Assembly (NCBI RefSeq): GCF_006345805.1
Contig: NW_021832007.1
Coordinates: 1-61,650 of the forward strand
Source: Octopus sinensis
Lineage: Eukaryota
Direction of reading: 5' to 3'
Length of the DNA: 61,650 bases
Made by a program: the position numbers and the translations under genes. The number at the start of each line of letters is the position of its first letter. The first letter of the stretch is position 1. This document shows, piece after piece, positions 11,366 through 24,650 of the stretch. The notes beneath the pieces are model-generated. The model saw only the letters and a list, made by a program, of their open reading frames with translations, was not told where the DNA came from and did no database searches.

Positions 11366-11891
11366 GGAGATCACGCATCATTTCTTTTGAGTAACACTCA
11401 ACGAACTTATCCAGCTTAATTTGAAACGAGACATACTAACAGTTACATTTAGCTGTCGGGAATTTCGCATGTTAATCCCTTAAATCTTACGTATATGGGT
11501 TTATACAGCAAAGATGTCAATCTATAACTCTGCATGCGTATGCGTCTTCCTATTATATTTATACAATTATTAGTTTGCTTAATTTCTTTACTTTATTAAT
11601 AATATTTCACTACACGAATATTTATTGCATTTCGTCAGATCGGATTAAAATTTCATATATTTTTTTTCGTCACGTCTGATTCATTTTGTAGTATAAGATC
11701 AAAATCTTTGTAAAAATGCTAAAATTTGACCTGTCTGTTGAAAGAACGAGAAGCTGATGAACATTATTATTATTACGGGATTACAACATTGAAAAATCCT
11801 GCAAAATATTTAGCAGCAATATATATATAAATGTGCGTGTTTGTGTATGTGTGTAGTGTGTGTGTGTATGTGTATTGCCTGTATGTATATA

Positions 11892-11959
<68 letters not shown>

Positions 11960-12399
11960 AATATATATATATATATAATATATATATTATATATATATAT
12001 TATATATATATATATATATATACAGAGAGAGGTGAGAGATAATGGGGGTGAGATATACAAATATATACACAAACACACATATGTATATATGCAAATATTG
12101 CTACATGTATACATGAACACGTGTATTAGTGCAACACAATTTATATAAGGAATTGGAAATTCAAGACTAAGAGTTTCTGGTTGTTACTGCATTAAACTCA
12201 GTAAAGTATTACGTTAAGGAGTAAATACATAAATAACAACTTTAATAACTTGATTACCGGGATGTGCTTAGAGTGACAATCATTTCTAGGTCAGTGACAC
12301 ACACAGATATTGTAATTTAATTTTAAATATATGCCAACATGTGTACATAGTTATTCATATAAATAAGTAAGTATATATGCATGTAGTGGGTAGCGATTT

Positions 12400-12720
12400 T
12401 CTTCACTACTTCAGGGAGTGGACGACCCTTCCTGAAACGAGTCCCGGGCTCAGCTGGTTCTGGCTGACAGTATCCGGTATGGGCCCCTATCCTGAATTAC
12501 GGAAAGGAGACAACCTTTAAAGAAATCCGGATTGGAGTCCCGTAAGCGGTTTAGTGTTCGACTCGACACTCTTCCGGCAGCTCCTGCGACCATGCTGGTG
12601 CCAAACGTAATGCTCTGCACTCCTTTGGACTATGTCAGCAAGGCCGAGAGAGGAATCCTGACGATTTGGCTACCCAGGATTTTCTTACAACTTGCCCATG
12701 CCTGCGCAAAACTGGAGAGG
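12400..12720 (+). mobile_element. Unclassified GC-richer interspersed repeat, possibly a LINE 5' region
   Basis: Composition contrasts with the flanks and it resembles octopus LINE 5' UTR-type repeats as I recall them. Not verifiable from the window. Confidence 0.3.
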
Positions 12721-13040
12721 ACATGAAATGTAAAAACCAGACTGGATTAGTTTATGCGCAACTCCATTGTTTCCCAAGACAAAAGGATGCCAATATCAAT
12801 ATGCATGTATGTTTTAAAAAATTTGTAGTCTCTGACGTTTTCTTGTTGGATGAATGGTCATTTACTCTGAGTTAATCCGCCCTTTGAGAGATTTTATAGT
12901 TCGACTTGCAGGGTCTCCAACGGAACCCCTTTCCAATGCTGGGCGTATTTCGTGTCTGGCCTTGTGCCAAAATTTGGAACCAGTATAAATTAATATCGAC
13001 TTCAGATTGTTCTGCAAGGACAGGAGGTTGGAGGCAGAAG

Positions 13041-13442
13041 GTAAGTCGATTACATCGAATAACAGTGTTGTACTGGTATTTATTTTATCGACCCCGAAAC
13101 GATGAAAATAAAGGCGAACTCGTCGGAATTCGAGCTCAGAATGTAAAGTCGTGAGAAACGCCACTAAGCATTTTTGCCCGGCGTGTATTTTTACCGCCTT
13201 GTATATAGATTAATATTACATAACCTCAAGGTTGTAAGCTGGCTGATTATGTTAATACGGCGGGGAAAATTGCTTAGCGGCATTTTGTCCGTTTTTATGG
13301 TCTGAGTTGATACTGTTGCCAAGGTTGAATTTAAATTTCAACCCTTCGGTGTCGATAAAATAAGTACCAGTTGAAGACTGGGGTCAATTTAATCGACTTA
13401 TTCCCTCTCCTGGCTTTGTGCCAAAATTTGAATCCAATATTA
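13041..13442. mobile_element. Two degenerate SINE family A-related copies, head to head (minus 13041-13200, plus 13256-13442)
   Basis: Recognisable central domain and B-box segments in both orientations. Confidence 0.7.
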
Positions 13443-14509
13443 CATAACCTTTTTATTTTCACTTTTCATATCTGTTTCTATGCGATGAGTAAGATCGTTT
13501 AATTTTGGAATATTGAGTACTCGTTGTTCATGAACACGCATTGTATAAGAGGCCCCCACTTGTTTATGATCTATTTCCTGTATATATTTCCATTTTTGCC
13601 GATTGCCTTTAGCATGACTAATCGAAAATTTTCAGTAATTGACTGATGGTGCCATTCTATAAATTCTACCACGTAAAATATATAAATCTTGACTAAATGG
13701 AATGTTCTTTGTTTTCCGCTATTTGCTTTTGTATTTAACAGATCTTCAGTGCTGACAACCTTACCTTTCTTTTCATAAATAATGAGTGAATAAAATAGAA
13801 CACACACCAGGAAATAAATACACTTAAAATGCCAGATGTTGCAAAAGAAAAGAAAAAAAATATGTAGCAGTGAAGTATGCAAAAGGAAATACGTATGACG
13901 GAACGACATAAATGACAGAGAAATCTAAAGATACACGAATTTCTAAAGAAAATGAGAATACTATTGTATTCTGCGACATTTCGAAAACTTACATGAGAAC
14001 TATTTATTCGATATCACATGTGATAATCTTTTTATCAGTTACGTAGTTATGCAGCGGATTTCAGAATACTGAGTATATAATGATACACATGAGTGGCAAG
14101 TTTATTAAGTGCAGTGGTATATCTAGATATAATTGTATAATAGAGCTGTTAGTACACAGTAAATGGTTTAGTACTGTTTGACGTTTAATGTTTGAAATAT
14201 AGTTCACGTTCGTAATATTGGACTTGCAGCATTATTGACGGATGAATCTTTGGTTTCAGTTTGTAATGTATATACGAAGTAGTGGCTACAAGAATTCCCT
14301 ACTGTAGGCTCCGATTCGTTAATCATATCTAGAAATTGTTTTCTAGATGTACCGTTATGTTTTATTAAAACAAGCAGGGGAAGGAAATATTTTACCATTA
14401 TTTTATATGATTTAAAAGTCTAATGAGATCAAAATCACTGATAATACAGTTCTATATTTAAGAGATGAGGAATTATGTACATTATTTATATTATTTACAT
14501 TATTTACAT

Positions 14510-14587
14510 TCCAGGGATTTTTGTCTTCATCTTGTTTGTTGATAACACAACGTTTCGGTTGATATACCCTCCAGCCGTCTTCAGGTG
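14510..14587 (-). mobile_element. PLE-type terminal fragment with hammerhead-like remnant
   Basis: Minus strand reads cacCTGAAGAcggctggagggtatatcaaccGAAAcgttgtg, the ctgaaga...cgaaacg motif typical of PLE termini. Helix III and the cleavage triplet are not intact. Confidence 0.45.
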
Positions 14588-15190
14588 AAAAATCACTGAT
14601 GTTCAGCTAAAAATATTTGTAAATCTCTGATGGTAGAAGGAGTAAATATGTAAGAATGTAAACATGTGTGATTATATGGCTTGAAAGTTCAAAGGGAAGT
14701 GGAATTGGTGAAAAATGTGAATTTTTAATTATTTTCTGAGATTTTACAAAAACAACAAAAATATTTTTTAATTTTCTTAGTAGGCAGTCTGGAGGATGAA
14801 AATGAATAACACATTCGGCGTTGGAAGAATTCTCCAAAAGGAAAATATACAGATAACTTGTTCATCGCAACAGTGTCCTCCGATATACTAACGATGAAAT
14901 GCAAATAGCGATGTGACAGTTCGTATGTGAATAGAGAGTTCGTGAGTACTATTTTGGTAATAACGAGATTGGCCTTCTCCGGAAAATGCGGGCATTCTTG
15001 GGTTCTCATCAGAGCATTCTGAGTCACTATGTGTTTGTGAATATCCCGCCTTCTTTAGCATCAAACTTCCTCTACCTTGGTACCGATAAATAGAGGAGAT
15101 AATCCAGAGATTTACTCTGAAAGAACTCTAAAGTAATTGTTGAGTAAAATTAGCGAATCTTTCATTGAATATGTTCTTGAGACTTGAGAG

Positions 15191-15550
15191 TGGCGCAGTG
15201 GTTGGGCAGCGGACTAGAGGTCATAGGATCGCGGTTTCGAATCCCAGGCCGGGCGTTGACTGAGCGAAAACACCTAAAGCTCTACGAGGCTCCGGCAGGG
15301 GGTTGGTGGCGAATACTACTGTACTCTTCCACCATGACTTTCTCTCACTCTTTCTTCCTGTTTCTGTTGTACCTGTATTTCAAAGGGTCAGCCTTGTCAC
15401 ACTCTACGTTACGCTGAATCTTCCCGAGAACTACGTTAAGGGTACTCGTATTTGCGGAGTGCACAGCCACGTCCACGTTAATTTCACGAGCAAACTGTTC
15501 CGTTGATTGGATCAACTTGAACCCTCGTCGTCGCAACCGACGGAGTGCCG
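15191..15550 (+). mobile_element. tRNA-derived SINE family B variant
   Basis: Head tggcgcagtggttgggcagcggact...ggtttcgaatcccagg, and body gagcgaaaacacctaaagctc shared with 6234-6538 and 17468-17762. Confidence 0.8.
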
Positions 15551-16329
15551 TAGTAGTATATTATATAATACATAAATATATTATCAGATGAAGCGTTTGT
15601 AACATCTTGCAGTCCTACGTCAGGAATCTGTCCGAAATGAAAAGTCGAGTGAGTAAATAGATATACTATAAGCTACTTAAAGCATCCTGTGTCACTGTGT
15701 ATTTGTGAATATCCCGCCTTCTTTGGCAACAGACTTTCTCTACGCTGGCACTGATAAATAGAGGAGATAATTCATAGATTTACTCTGAAAGAACTATAAA
15801 GTAATTGTTGATTAAAATCTGCGAATCTTTCGTTGAATATGTTCTTGAGACTTGAGAATCTTTGGTGCCATGTCCAGTTTTTCTTTATCATTTTCTTTTT
15901 AAAAGACTTCTGTTACATTAACACGAGTTAGAAAGGAAATTCTTTAATATCTAGAGCATCATTATATGAGGAAATTATTTTATGTCGAATAAAACTGGAA
16001 ATTAATATCTCAATAAGGAAATAGAGGCAAATAAAAGGCGTTCTATTATGGTGTAATAAAGTAATGTAGGTGACAATCGAATGAAGAGAGTAAATGTCAA
16101 AGTTATTCACGTTGTATCAGATGTTTGATAATCCAATAAATGACTCATAATTCTGATGGCATTAGTATAATAACTACATTTTTTATGATGATAACTAGGA
16201 TATCAGATGTCATTGCAAATATATTCGCTTTGGTGTCACTATATAAAAAGGAACAGCAGCAGCGATGGAGAAAATAGAAAATTCACTCTCATTCTATCTT
16301 CATCACCAACCTCTCTCTTTCTACCTTCT

Positions 16330-16596
16330 TCTCTCTCTCTCTCTATATATATATGCATATGTATATGTATATAAATTGAGAGAGAGAGATACATATACAC
16401 ACAAATGCACATGTAAATATGCGTACATATATGTATGATTTGGCTAAATACATACATACATTCATACATACATACATACATACATAATACATGCATTCAT
16501 ACATACATACATACATACATACATTCATACATATATACATACATACATATATTCATACATACATACATAAATACTTCCATACATACATACATACAT
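16330..16596. repeat. (CT)n, (TA)n and (CATA)n microsatellites
   Basis: Direct reading of the sequence. Confidence 0.9.
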
Positions 16597-16869
16597 GATG
16601 GCTGCCCCCTCGTTATCGAGTATGGCCATTGCACGAAGCTTAACTGTTATTGGTGCTGTGATCGAATGTGACTTTTATTTGCCTTTTAATGCTACAGCCA
16701 GCCATTCAGTTGAGACTCACAGCACCATCAACAATCATGAACAATGTTGTTATCGTGCAATGCCTGTGCAAGAAGATTTTTTTAAAGTGAGGAAAGGCTG
16801 TGCACTGAGTCAATCCCACTCACTAAGCAACAGCAGCCATAATCCGAAAAGAAGAACAAGTCAACATCA

Positions 16870-17250
16870 TCGGTAACCACTGAGCCGCAGTTTTTATGTC
16901 GGAGTTATCCCAGTTACCTGAGTTACCTACTCCTAGAAGAATGCCCTAACAAACCTAGCAGTCCTTCACTCCGAATGGTTTAACCGTGCGATCGGGTATT
17001 CAGTCCGATTATTTCTATGTCCCCGCGCATGATACAGCCTTAAGACATTTCTTGGATGGCCGTTGACTCTCAAGAGTTCCTCCGCCCTTTGACGGATCTT
17101 GCTTTTTCATCCCGCAGGGTGACCAATAAACACCCTCCTCACCAAGCAAGCTTGGTGGGGTTGCCGGCTTGGTCGCCGACGGCCCGACCATGCAACAGTT
17201 TGTACTGGGTTACATGTTACCAGTAGCACTCGAAAGTGACCTGACATAAA
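16870..17250 (-). mobile_element. Unclassified GC-richer interspersed repeat, possibly a LINE 5' region
   Basis: Composition shift, bounded by a (CATA)n array. Family not verifiable from the window. Confidence 0.3.
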
Positions 17251-17408
17251 CATACATACATGCATTCATACATACAGACATGCCTGCATACATCCATACA
17301 TCCATACATACATACATACATTCACACATACATACATGTATTCATACATACATACATTCATACATACATAGATACATACATTCATACATCCATCCATACA
17401 TACATACA

Positions 17409-17444
<36 letters not shown>

Positions 17445-17467
17445 TATATATACATACATGCATATAT
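17251..17467. repeat. (CATA)n microsatellite
   Basis: Direct reading of the sequence. Confidence 0.95.
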
Positions 17468-17762
17468 GTGGAGGCGCAATGGCCTAGTGGTCAGGGCAGC
17501 GGACTCGCGGTCGCAGGATCGCGGTTTCGATTCCCAGACCGGGCGTCGTGAGTGTTTATTGAGCGAAAACACCTAAAAGCTCCACGAGGTGGTGATCCCT
17601 GCTGTACTCTTTCACCACTCTTTCTCCCACTCTTTCTTCTGTTGGCCTGCTCGCTTAGCCAGCAGGGTGACGTCATTCGAAGGCTAAAACAACGCGAAAC
17701 GCATTGTGACCAGCGATGTGTAACAACATCTGATGGTCTGGTCGGTCAGGTGATCACGTGAC
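17468..17762 (+). mobile_element. tRNA-derived SINE family B
   Basis: Head gtggaggcgcaatggcctagtggtcagggcagcggactcgcgg...gtttcgattcccagacc. Confidence 0.8.
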
Positions 17763-18203
17763 ATGCACATATAATTATGTATAATAAAATGATTGTTATA
17801 TCTGCAGTAGGGACAACTTGTCCAAAGACGGACTTGTTACTCATATGAAATCTGATAACTATATTTAGTAATTGAGGGGATAAGCTTTGTAAAGAAGTGG
17901 AAACCACCATATAACCACATCTAGATGTATATACATGTGTATATATGCAAGTGAGAGAGAGAGAGAGTTTAGTCATAAATATTAAAATTTTGAAACGGTA
18001 ATTTTCTCTTTAAAACTACTAAGCACAGTCTCGATTCCAGCTATTAACTTTTAGCACACGTCTTACTGCCGTTTCAGTACAGAAATCAACGCCATATGAA
18101 TGTTGACGTTTCATGAATTGAATAGCTTAGGAAAATATTATGGCGTCGTGCTTGATTTGATGGAAATGAAGAATAAACTATGATACATTTTATTTCTGTA
18201 TAA

Positions 18204-18430
18204 TCTCTTATTTAAAATCCGTTCTGTCCGTTTTTCTGAGTATGTGTCTTCTCTGATTTCGGGCATCCACCATCCGATTGCGCTGAAATTTGATATGTAG
18301 ATACCGACGATATCAGGGCGTGTATAAGTCTTGAAAAAATTACAAAAATCGATTCCAGGTGAGAATTCGATCGATAAAGCAGTTTTTGTTCGGCTTTTCT
18401 TCCGTCAACCCGTACATAACTGCACCTTCT
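18204..18430 (+). mobile_element. Possible Helitron/Helentron-type non-autonomous 5' fragment
   Basis: Start tctcttatttaaaatccg and internal ccgattgcgctgaaatttg motif typical of such elements. No 3' CTAG was found. Confidence 0.35.
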
Positions 18431-18828
18431 ATTTTTTTGTTTTTGTTTTTGTACTGCTTAAAAGCACGTTTTGTTCCTGCAAAGCTTACTGTTTAAACCA
18501 TGTAAACAGTCTTATCATTACTGGTACTTTAAACTCTTCGGTTGCATATTTGTCTGAATAAAATCGTTTTTCTTTGGTATAGAAAAAAGTCTATCTTTAT
18601 TTCTTCTTTTGCTGGTGTCTCAAATGTAGGTTAAATCAGTGTTTCTCAAAGGGGAGGCCTGTGGGACTGTCGGACAAGTTGTTTTAAGAAAATTTGGTTT
18701 AAATGCTTGAAAACACAGCACCGTCCATTGGACGGGGGCATTTTGCTCGTATAATAAATATATCTATACAGCTAATATTGTGTAACCGAACACATGCACG
18801 TAAGTGCATATTCATGATGTGTATTATA

Positions 18829-19223
18829 TCTTTATATATAAAAGTGAAGTTGTGTGTCTGTTTCCTACGATTTAGATTCCTAACCACTCCCACATTTTGC
18901 GGTCCAGTTTAACCAAAACCGGGTATCTTATAGTCGTGATTCATATCGAGCCCTTCTGGGTATTAGCGCGCGTCTACGATGAGTCTACGATTAAAAAAAA
19001 ATGTACCATCATTTTTTCCATTTTAATGCATTTTTCTCGCTATTATATAAGGGAAGTAACTCTCTAAAAATGTCTACGATGAGTCAACGATTTTAAAAAA
19101 ATTTACCATCATTTTTTTTCATTTTTAGTGCATTTTTTTGCCATTTTTTGGCTATAACTCTCTAAAAATGCTTATATAGTTATTTCCCTTACAAACCCGA
19201 GCAACGCTGGGCGATACTGCTAG
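18829..19223 (+). mobile_element. Non-autonomous Helitron
   Basis: 5' TC (tctttatatataaaa), 3' subterminal hairpin cccgagcaacgctgggc, CTAG end inserted between A and T, and an internal direct repeat of the tctacgatgagtc..acgatt..aaaaaa..taccatcatttttt block. Confidence 0.8.
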
Positions 19224-20439
19224 TTTAAAATATAAATTAATACAATTTAGAAATATTAAATGCTGACATCCTGACATAGTTACATGGGTTTTTGTACTTT
19301 CAGTATTTCCCTATTGTGTCTTCTTATTCTGTTTTCTCTCAATCTGCACATTGTAACTTTGCTTCTCTCTCTCCCTTCCTTTCTTTTACCTTTTTGTCTT
19401 CTCTTCTCACTTTCTTCTCCTTTCCTCTCTGTTTCTTCCTTCTTCCTCCTTCTTTTTATTTTTTCTTCTCCTCTCACCTCTTGTATTTTTTCTCCTCACC
19501 CTTTTGAATGTTTCCTCTTCTTGTCTTTATTTGCCTTTCTCCCCATTTCTCTTTTCTTTCCTGTCTTACTCTTTTATTCTCATTTTCAATCTTTCCCGAT
19601 TACAAACCTTTCCTCTCGCCATGACTGATCGCTAGCCACTGAACCTTTTTTGTTTATTCTCTGTGCTTATTTCTTTGTCCCTTTCTGTTGAAGAGCGTAG
19701 GGTATGTTGTGATCGAAAAGTATTATGGAAGATTTTAATTGTTTAAATTTGAGGCTGAGTTACTGTTCAGATTTCACTCATGCATGTAGAAATTGTAATC
19801 AACTGTGTCTATTTAGGTGTGTCAGCTTCAGGTTTAGTAAAGTTACGTTTTTTCTTTACTGGGTTTCACAAAATAATGGACGTATATCAAAACGATTATA
19901 TTCGATTAACAGATGTATCACTTGACTTAGTTGTTATTCGTTATATAAGGATGTTAGAGGGCAATTTAAACTTTTATTGGTGGCAATATGAAGGATAAAT
20001 TTAAGAGTCCAGTCCAGCAATAATAACTTACATTTGAAAGTTTAGGTCTGTCAGTTTTAGGTTATGGAGATTATTAAGGATTCTCAAATCGGAGGAAAGT
20101 TTAGTTGATCAACCAATTTCTTTACTTTTATTACTCCTACATATAAGATCCCTATGATTTTGCGAATAATTTACATATATCATCTCTAGGCCATCGTGTA
20201 GAAATGTATTCATTGTGTGTTTTAACATTCAGAAAAAGAATAGCGTAGGTGTAAAGTACAGTTGGTCAAATTAATTAGCACTCAGGGGTGGCTCTAGTTA
20301 CCATTTCATTATTAATTAGAAAATTTAATCTTTCAGTTTCTGGGAGGTCTATATATTCATTGATATTTCTTCTGCTCCGATTCAAGTGTGAATATTTTTC
20401 TCACGAATTATTTTGAGCGGATGTGTACACGGAAATGTG

Positions 20440-20760
20440 GGTCGTGTTATGTGTGTGTATATGTGTGACAATGTGTATGTGTTTCTGCGTAAGTGTATGA
20501 TTCAAGTCACGCATACACGCATCACACTCTTATGCATATACAGAAACATATACACACACATATATGTATGTACATAAATATAAATATGCATATATATCCA
20601 TAAATAGATATATGTATATTCATATATATGTACATATATACATACATATGTTCTTTTATTTTTTTACTTGTATCATTCATGTGTGTATATATAGATATAT
20701 ATATATATATATTTGTGCGTATATATTGTGTATATATACATATATATGTATATGTATGTA

Positions 20761-20812
<52 letters not shown>

Positions 20813-20840
20813 TATATATATATACATATATTATATATAT
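20440..20840. repeat. Mixed (TG)n/(TA)n/(CA)n low-complexity tract
   Basis: Direct reading of the sequence. Confidence 0.85.
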
Positions 20841-20841
20841 T

Positions 20842-21238
20842 GACGCAGGTGTGGCTGTGTGGTATTTGCTTGCTTACCAACCACATAGTTCGGGGTTTAG
20901 TTCCACTGCGTGGCAACTTGATCCAGTGTCTTCAGGTATAGCCTCGGGCCGACCAAACCCTAGTGAGTGGATTTGGTTGACGGAAACTGAAAGAAGCACG
21001 TCGTATATCTACATAAATATGTGTGTGTGTGTGTGTGCGTGTATCTATATTTATCCCACCACAATCGCTTGACAACTTACGTTTCTGTGCTTACGTCCCC
21101 GTAACACTAGTGATTTGGCAAAAGAACTGATAGAATAATAACTAGGCTTATAAACAATAAGTCTTGGTGCTGATTTCTTCGACTAAAGGAGGTTTTCCAG
21201 CATGGCCGCAATCTAATAACAAATAAAAGAATAAAACA
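20842..21238 (+). mobile_element. SINE family R, diverged
   Basis: Aligns by eye with 1006-1424 along its whole length. Confidence 0.8.
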
Positions 21239-21586
21239 ATATATATATATTATAATAAATATCAAAGTAAGTTATATCAGTAGCGGTACCACATCGTGAC
21301 GTATTTTTTGCCATTTCAATGGCGCTAACCCCTAAGGGTGGATGCTACTGTAGTTTTTAGCCCCAGGAGGACACACTCCTCCAGCTGGCCATAGACACAC
21401 TATCTGTGTCCTGTCAGTATTTGCAAATGAAGTCACGATGTGTTACCGCTACTGTATATAACTTACTTTGATATTTATCATTGTTTGATTTCACTTTTTC
21501 AATATGAGCGACAGTGGACGCTGGAAAAAGTATAAGTATTTGTGAAGGAATCTAATTCTCGTCTCTAACTGCGACAACTAGATTGT

Positions 21587-21631
21587 CACACGCTGACGAG
21601 AGGTCAATACCTCGAAACTCGAGTCCGTGTG
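21587..21631 (+). ncRNA. Minimal type I hammerhead ribozyme, copy 1
   Basis: cacacg-CTGACGA-gagg(tcaata)cctc-GAAA-ctcgag-TC-cgtgtg: all core nucleotides intact, palindromic helix III actcgagt, GUC triplet ending at 21625. Confidence 0.9.
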
Positions 21632-21927
21632 TATCATAAGTTGACGGGAAGGATGACTTCCCTTTGCAAATACTGACAGGACACAGATAGTGTGTCTATG
21701 GCCAGCTGGAGGAGTGTCCTCCTGGGGCTAAAAACTACAGTAGCATCCACCTTAGGGGTTAGCCATATTGAAATGGCAAAATACGTCACGATTGTTACCG
21801 CTACTGTATATAACTTACTTTGATATTTATCATTGTTTGATTTCACTTTTTCTATCAGCGACAGTGGACGCTGGAAAAAGTATAGTATTTGTGAAGGAAA
21901 TCTAATTCTCGGCGACACTATGATTGT

Positions 21928-21972
21928 CACACGCTGACGAGAGGTCAATACCTCGAAACTCGAGTCCGTGTG
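21928..21972 (+). ncRNA. Minimal type I hammerhead ribozyme, copy 2
   Basis: Identical to copy 1, with the GUC triplet ending at 21966. Helix I is extendable through tatgat/atcata across a bulge. Confidence 0.9.
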
Positions 21973-22133
21973 TATCATAAGTTGAAGACGGGAAGGATGA
22001 CTTCCCTTTGCACATACTGACAGACACAGATAGTGTGTCTATGGCCAGCTGGAGGATGTGTCCTCCTGGGGCTAAAAACTACAGTAGCATCCACCCTTAG
22101 GGGTTAGCCATATTGAAATGGCAAATACGTCAC

Positions 22134-22212
22134 TATATATATATATATCTATATATATATATATTTCTCCGTTACTCTGTGTGTGTGTGTATATTATGTA
22201 TAACTGTATATA

Positions 22213-22269
<57 letters not shown>

Positions 22270-22370
22270 TATATATATATATATCATATCCATATACTAT
22301 ATATAATATATAATGTATATAACTAAAATATATACTATATACTATATATATATATGGTGTGTGTGTGTAT
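22134..22370. repeat. (TA)n-rich tract
   Basis: Direct reading of the sequence. Confidence 0.9.
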
Positions 22371-22879
22371 GCAGATGTATTAATTTATATATTCATACAT
22401 ATATATGTATCAATACATATATACTTTATTAATCTATTAGCACATTTGCGCTCACACTTCTTGTGCGTTTGTATGTAGTTATTTGTATTTATATGTATGT
22501 AAGTGTGTGTTCGCGTACATAATTATCGATATTCATAATACAGTCTTGTGGGACTTAGAGCTCAGAAATTGAATATAAATTCCACTTCTAAGTTACTTTG
22601 TGATTGTATCAATATCCGCTAAGAAAAAGCAAAGTTCAAAAAAAAAAAATGAAAGTTATTCCAAACGAAACCGAACCATTTTCAATTCAGTTTATATTAA
22701 GTTGAATATCAGAAGAATTTAATGCTGTAGTTCTCTGTATCAACTGGTCCCTTTGAAACTAGTAACATATTTAAATTTTGAATAATCTCTGTCCGTTTGC
22801 CCTCTTCCCTCCTCGTTGTCCCGCGTTGCCGTTGTTAACGACGCCTTCCTCTTCCTTGTTTCTCAACCTGGTGTCGTAA

Positions 22880-23101
22880 TTATTATTATTATTAGGAATG
22901 TACTTTTGTTCTGTTATTACCTGTTCTAGTATAACTATGATGATGATGATGATGACGGTGATGACGATGAGAATGATGATGATGGTGATGATGACGACAA
23001 CGATATTAATAGTAATAATAATAGTAATAATTATAATAATATAATAATAATAAATAATAATAATAATATAATAATAATAATAATAATAATAGAAAAAAAA
23101 C

Positions 23102-23135
<34 letters not shown>

Positions 23136-23359
23136 GAAGAAGAAGAAGAAAAGAGAAGAAAGACGAAGAGAAAGAAGAAAAGAAGAAGTTGAAGAAGATG
23201 ATGATGATAATAAGAAGAAGATGATGATGATGATGACGACAACGTTATTAATGATAATAATAATAATAATAATAACGATAATAATAATAATAATAATGAT
23301 AATAAAAATAACAATAATAATAATGATAATAATAATAATGGTAATTATAATAATAATAA

Positions 23360-23390
<31 letters not shown>

Positions 23391-23530
23391 AAATTATTAT
23401 TAGTGTTAACATCGTCGTCGTTGCCATCATCATCATCATAATTATCAACACCACCACCATCACCATCACCATCATCATCATCATCATTATTATTACCATT
23501 ATTATTATTGTCATTATTAATGTTATTATT
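22880..23530. repeat. Compound trinucleotide array (TGA, TAA, GAA, CAT, TAT)
   Basis: Direct reading; it explains the poly-I/M/Y/L ORFs. Confidence 0.95.
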
Positions 23531-24239
23531 ATAAAAGTAGATTATATTACAATTGCGGGTTTGTTAAGTGTATTCATTGCTAATCGGCTTATATCGATAT
23601 GCAAGCCATTCCAATCTACACTTATACGCAGGTGGCAAACCATATGTTATCGCTTCAGGTGATTAACAACTGAAACGAACAACAATTTAAAATACTTCTA
23701 ATTGATTGATGAGGGACATTCCTACTATCGTTATATATTCTCTGTCCGTTTTTCCTCTTCTCCTCTCGAAATGAAATATCTTAGGTTAATTGCTTGGTGT
23801 TTAGCTGAAGATTAAATGTATTCAAATGAAGGAGAATTGCACGTGTTCCTGTATACTTAGAAGCTACCGTACTCATTTATACAGATATGGCATCGCGGTA
23901 AACTTATGTACGCATTCCTTCTACCTAGGATTCTTGTGGTAATGAAACAATCTATACGTTGGAATGCAGTGAAATTCAAACAGACACATATAGACATATA
24001 CTCATATATGTAAACTTACTTAAAATGTATTACTTCTCGCATACATACATAGTAGACTAAAACACAAATGGTATATATATATATATATATTCTTTTATCT
24101 TTTACTTGTTTCAAACATTTGACTGTGGACATGCTGGGGCAGAGAGAGAGAGAGAGAGAAAGAGAGATAAATAGACAGATAGATAAAATATACATACTTT
24201 AGACATGCATACTCTTATTAAACGTACGTTGATAGACTA

Positions 24240-24323
24240 AATACACACACACACACACACACACTATATATATATATATATATATAGATATCTATCTATC
24301 TGTCCATCTGTCTATATATCTGG

Positions 24324-24404
<81 letters not shown>

Positions 24405-24456
24405 TATCTATCTATGTTTCTGTATATGTATATATGTATAATATAGTATAATAATT

Positions 24457-24495
<39 letters not shown>

Positions 24496-24593
24496 TATAT
24501 ATATATATATGTGTTAGTAATCTATATCTCTCTCATCATCGTCTATTTATCTGTGTGTGTGTGTGCGTGAGTGTATGTATGTATGTATGTATG

Positions 24594-24624
<31 letters not shown>

Positions 24625-24650
24625 GATTCATACATGTATGTATGTATGCA
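24240..24650. repeat. (CA)n, (TA)n, (TCTA)n and (TATG)n microsatellites
   Basis: Direct reading of the sequence. Confidence 0.9.

Larger units (their letters stand above)
21255..22133 (+). mobile_element. Non-autonomous PLE/retrozyme-like element: about 180-bp inverted arm plus two tandem units of about 350 bp, each with a hammerhead
   Basis: 21255-21435 is the reverse complement of the unit end/start junction. Units start at 21432 and 21785. TA-rich sequence flanks both sides. Confidence 0.75.

Noticed and set aside
14960-15030. ctgatgag on the minus strand (and ctgatgaa at about 11755) as hammerhead cores
   Set aside because: There is no downstream helix II-GAAA-helix III-NUH arrangement and no helix I pairing.
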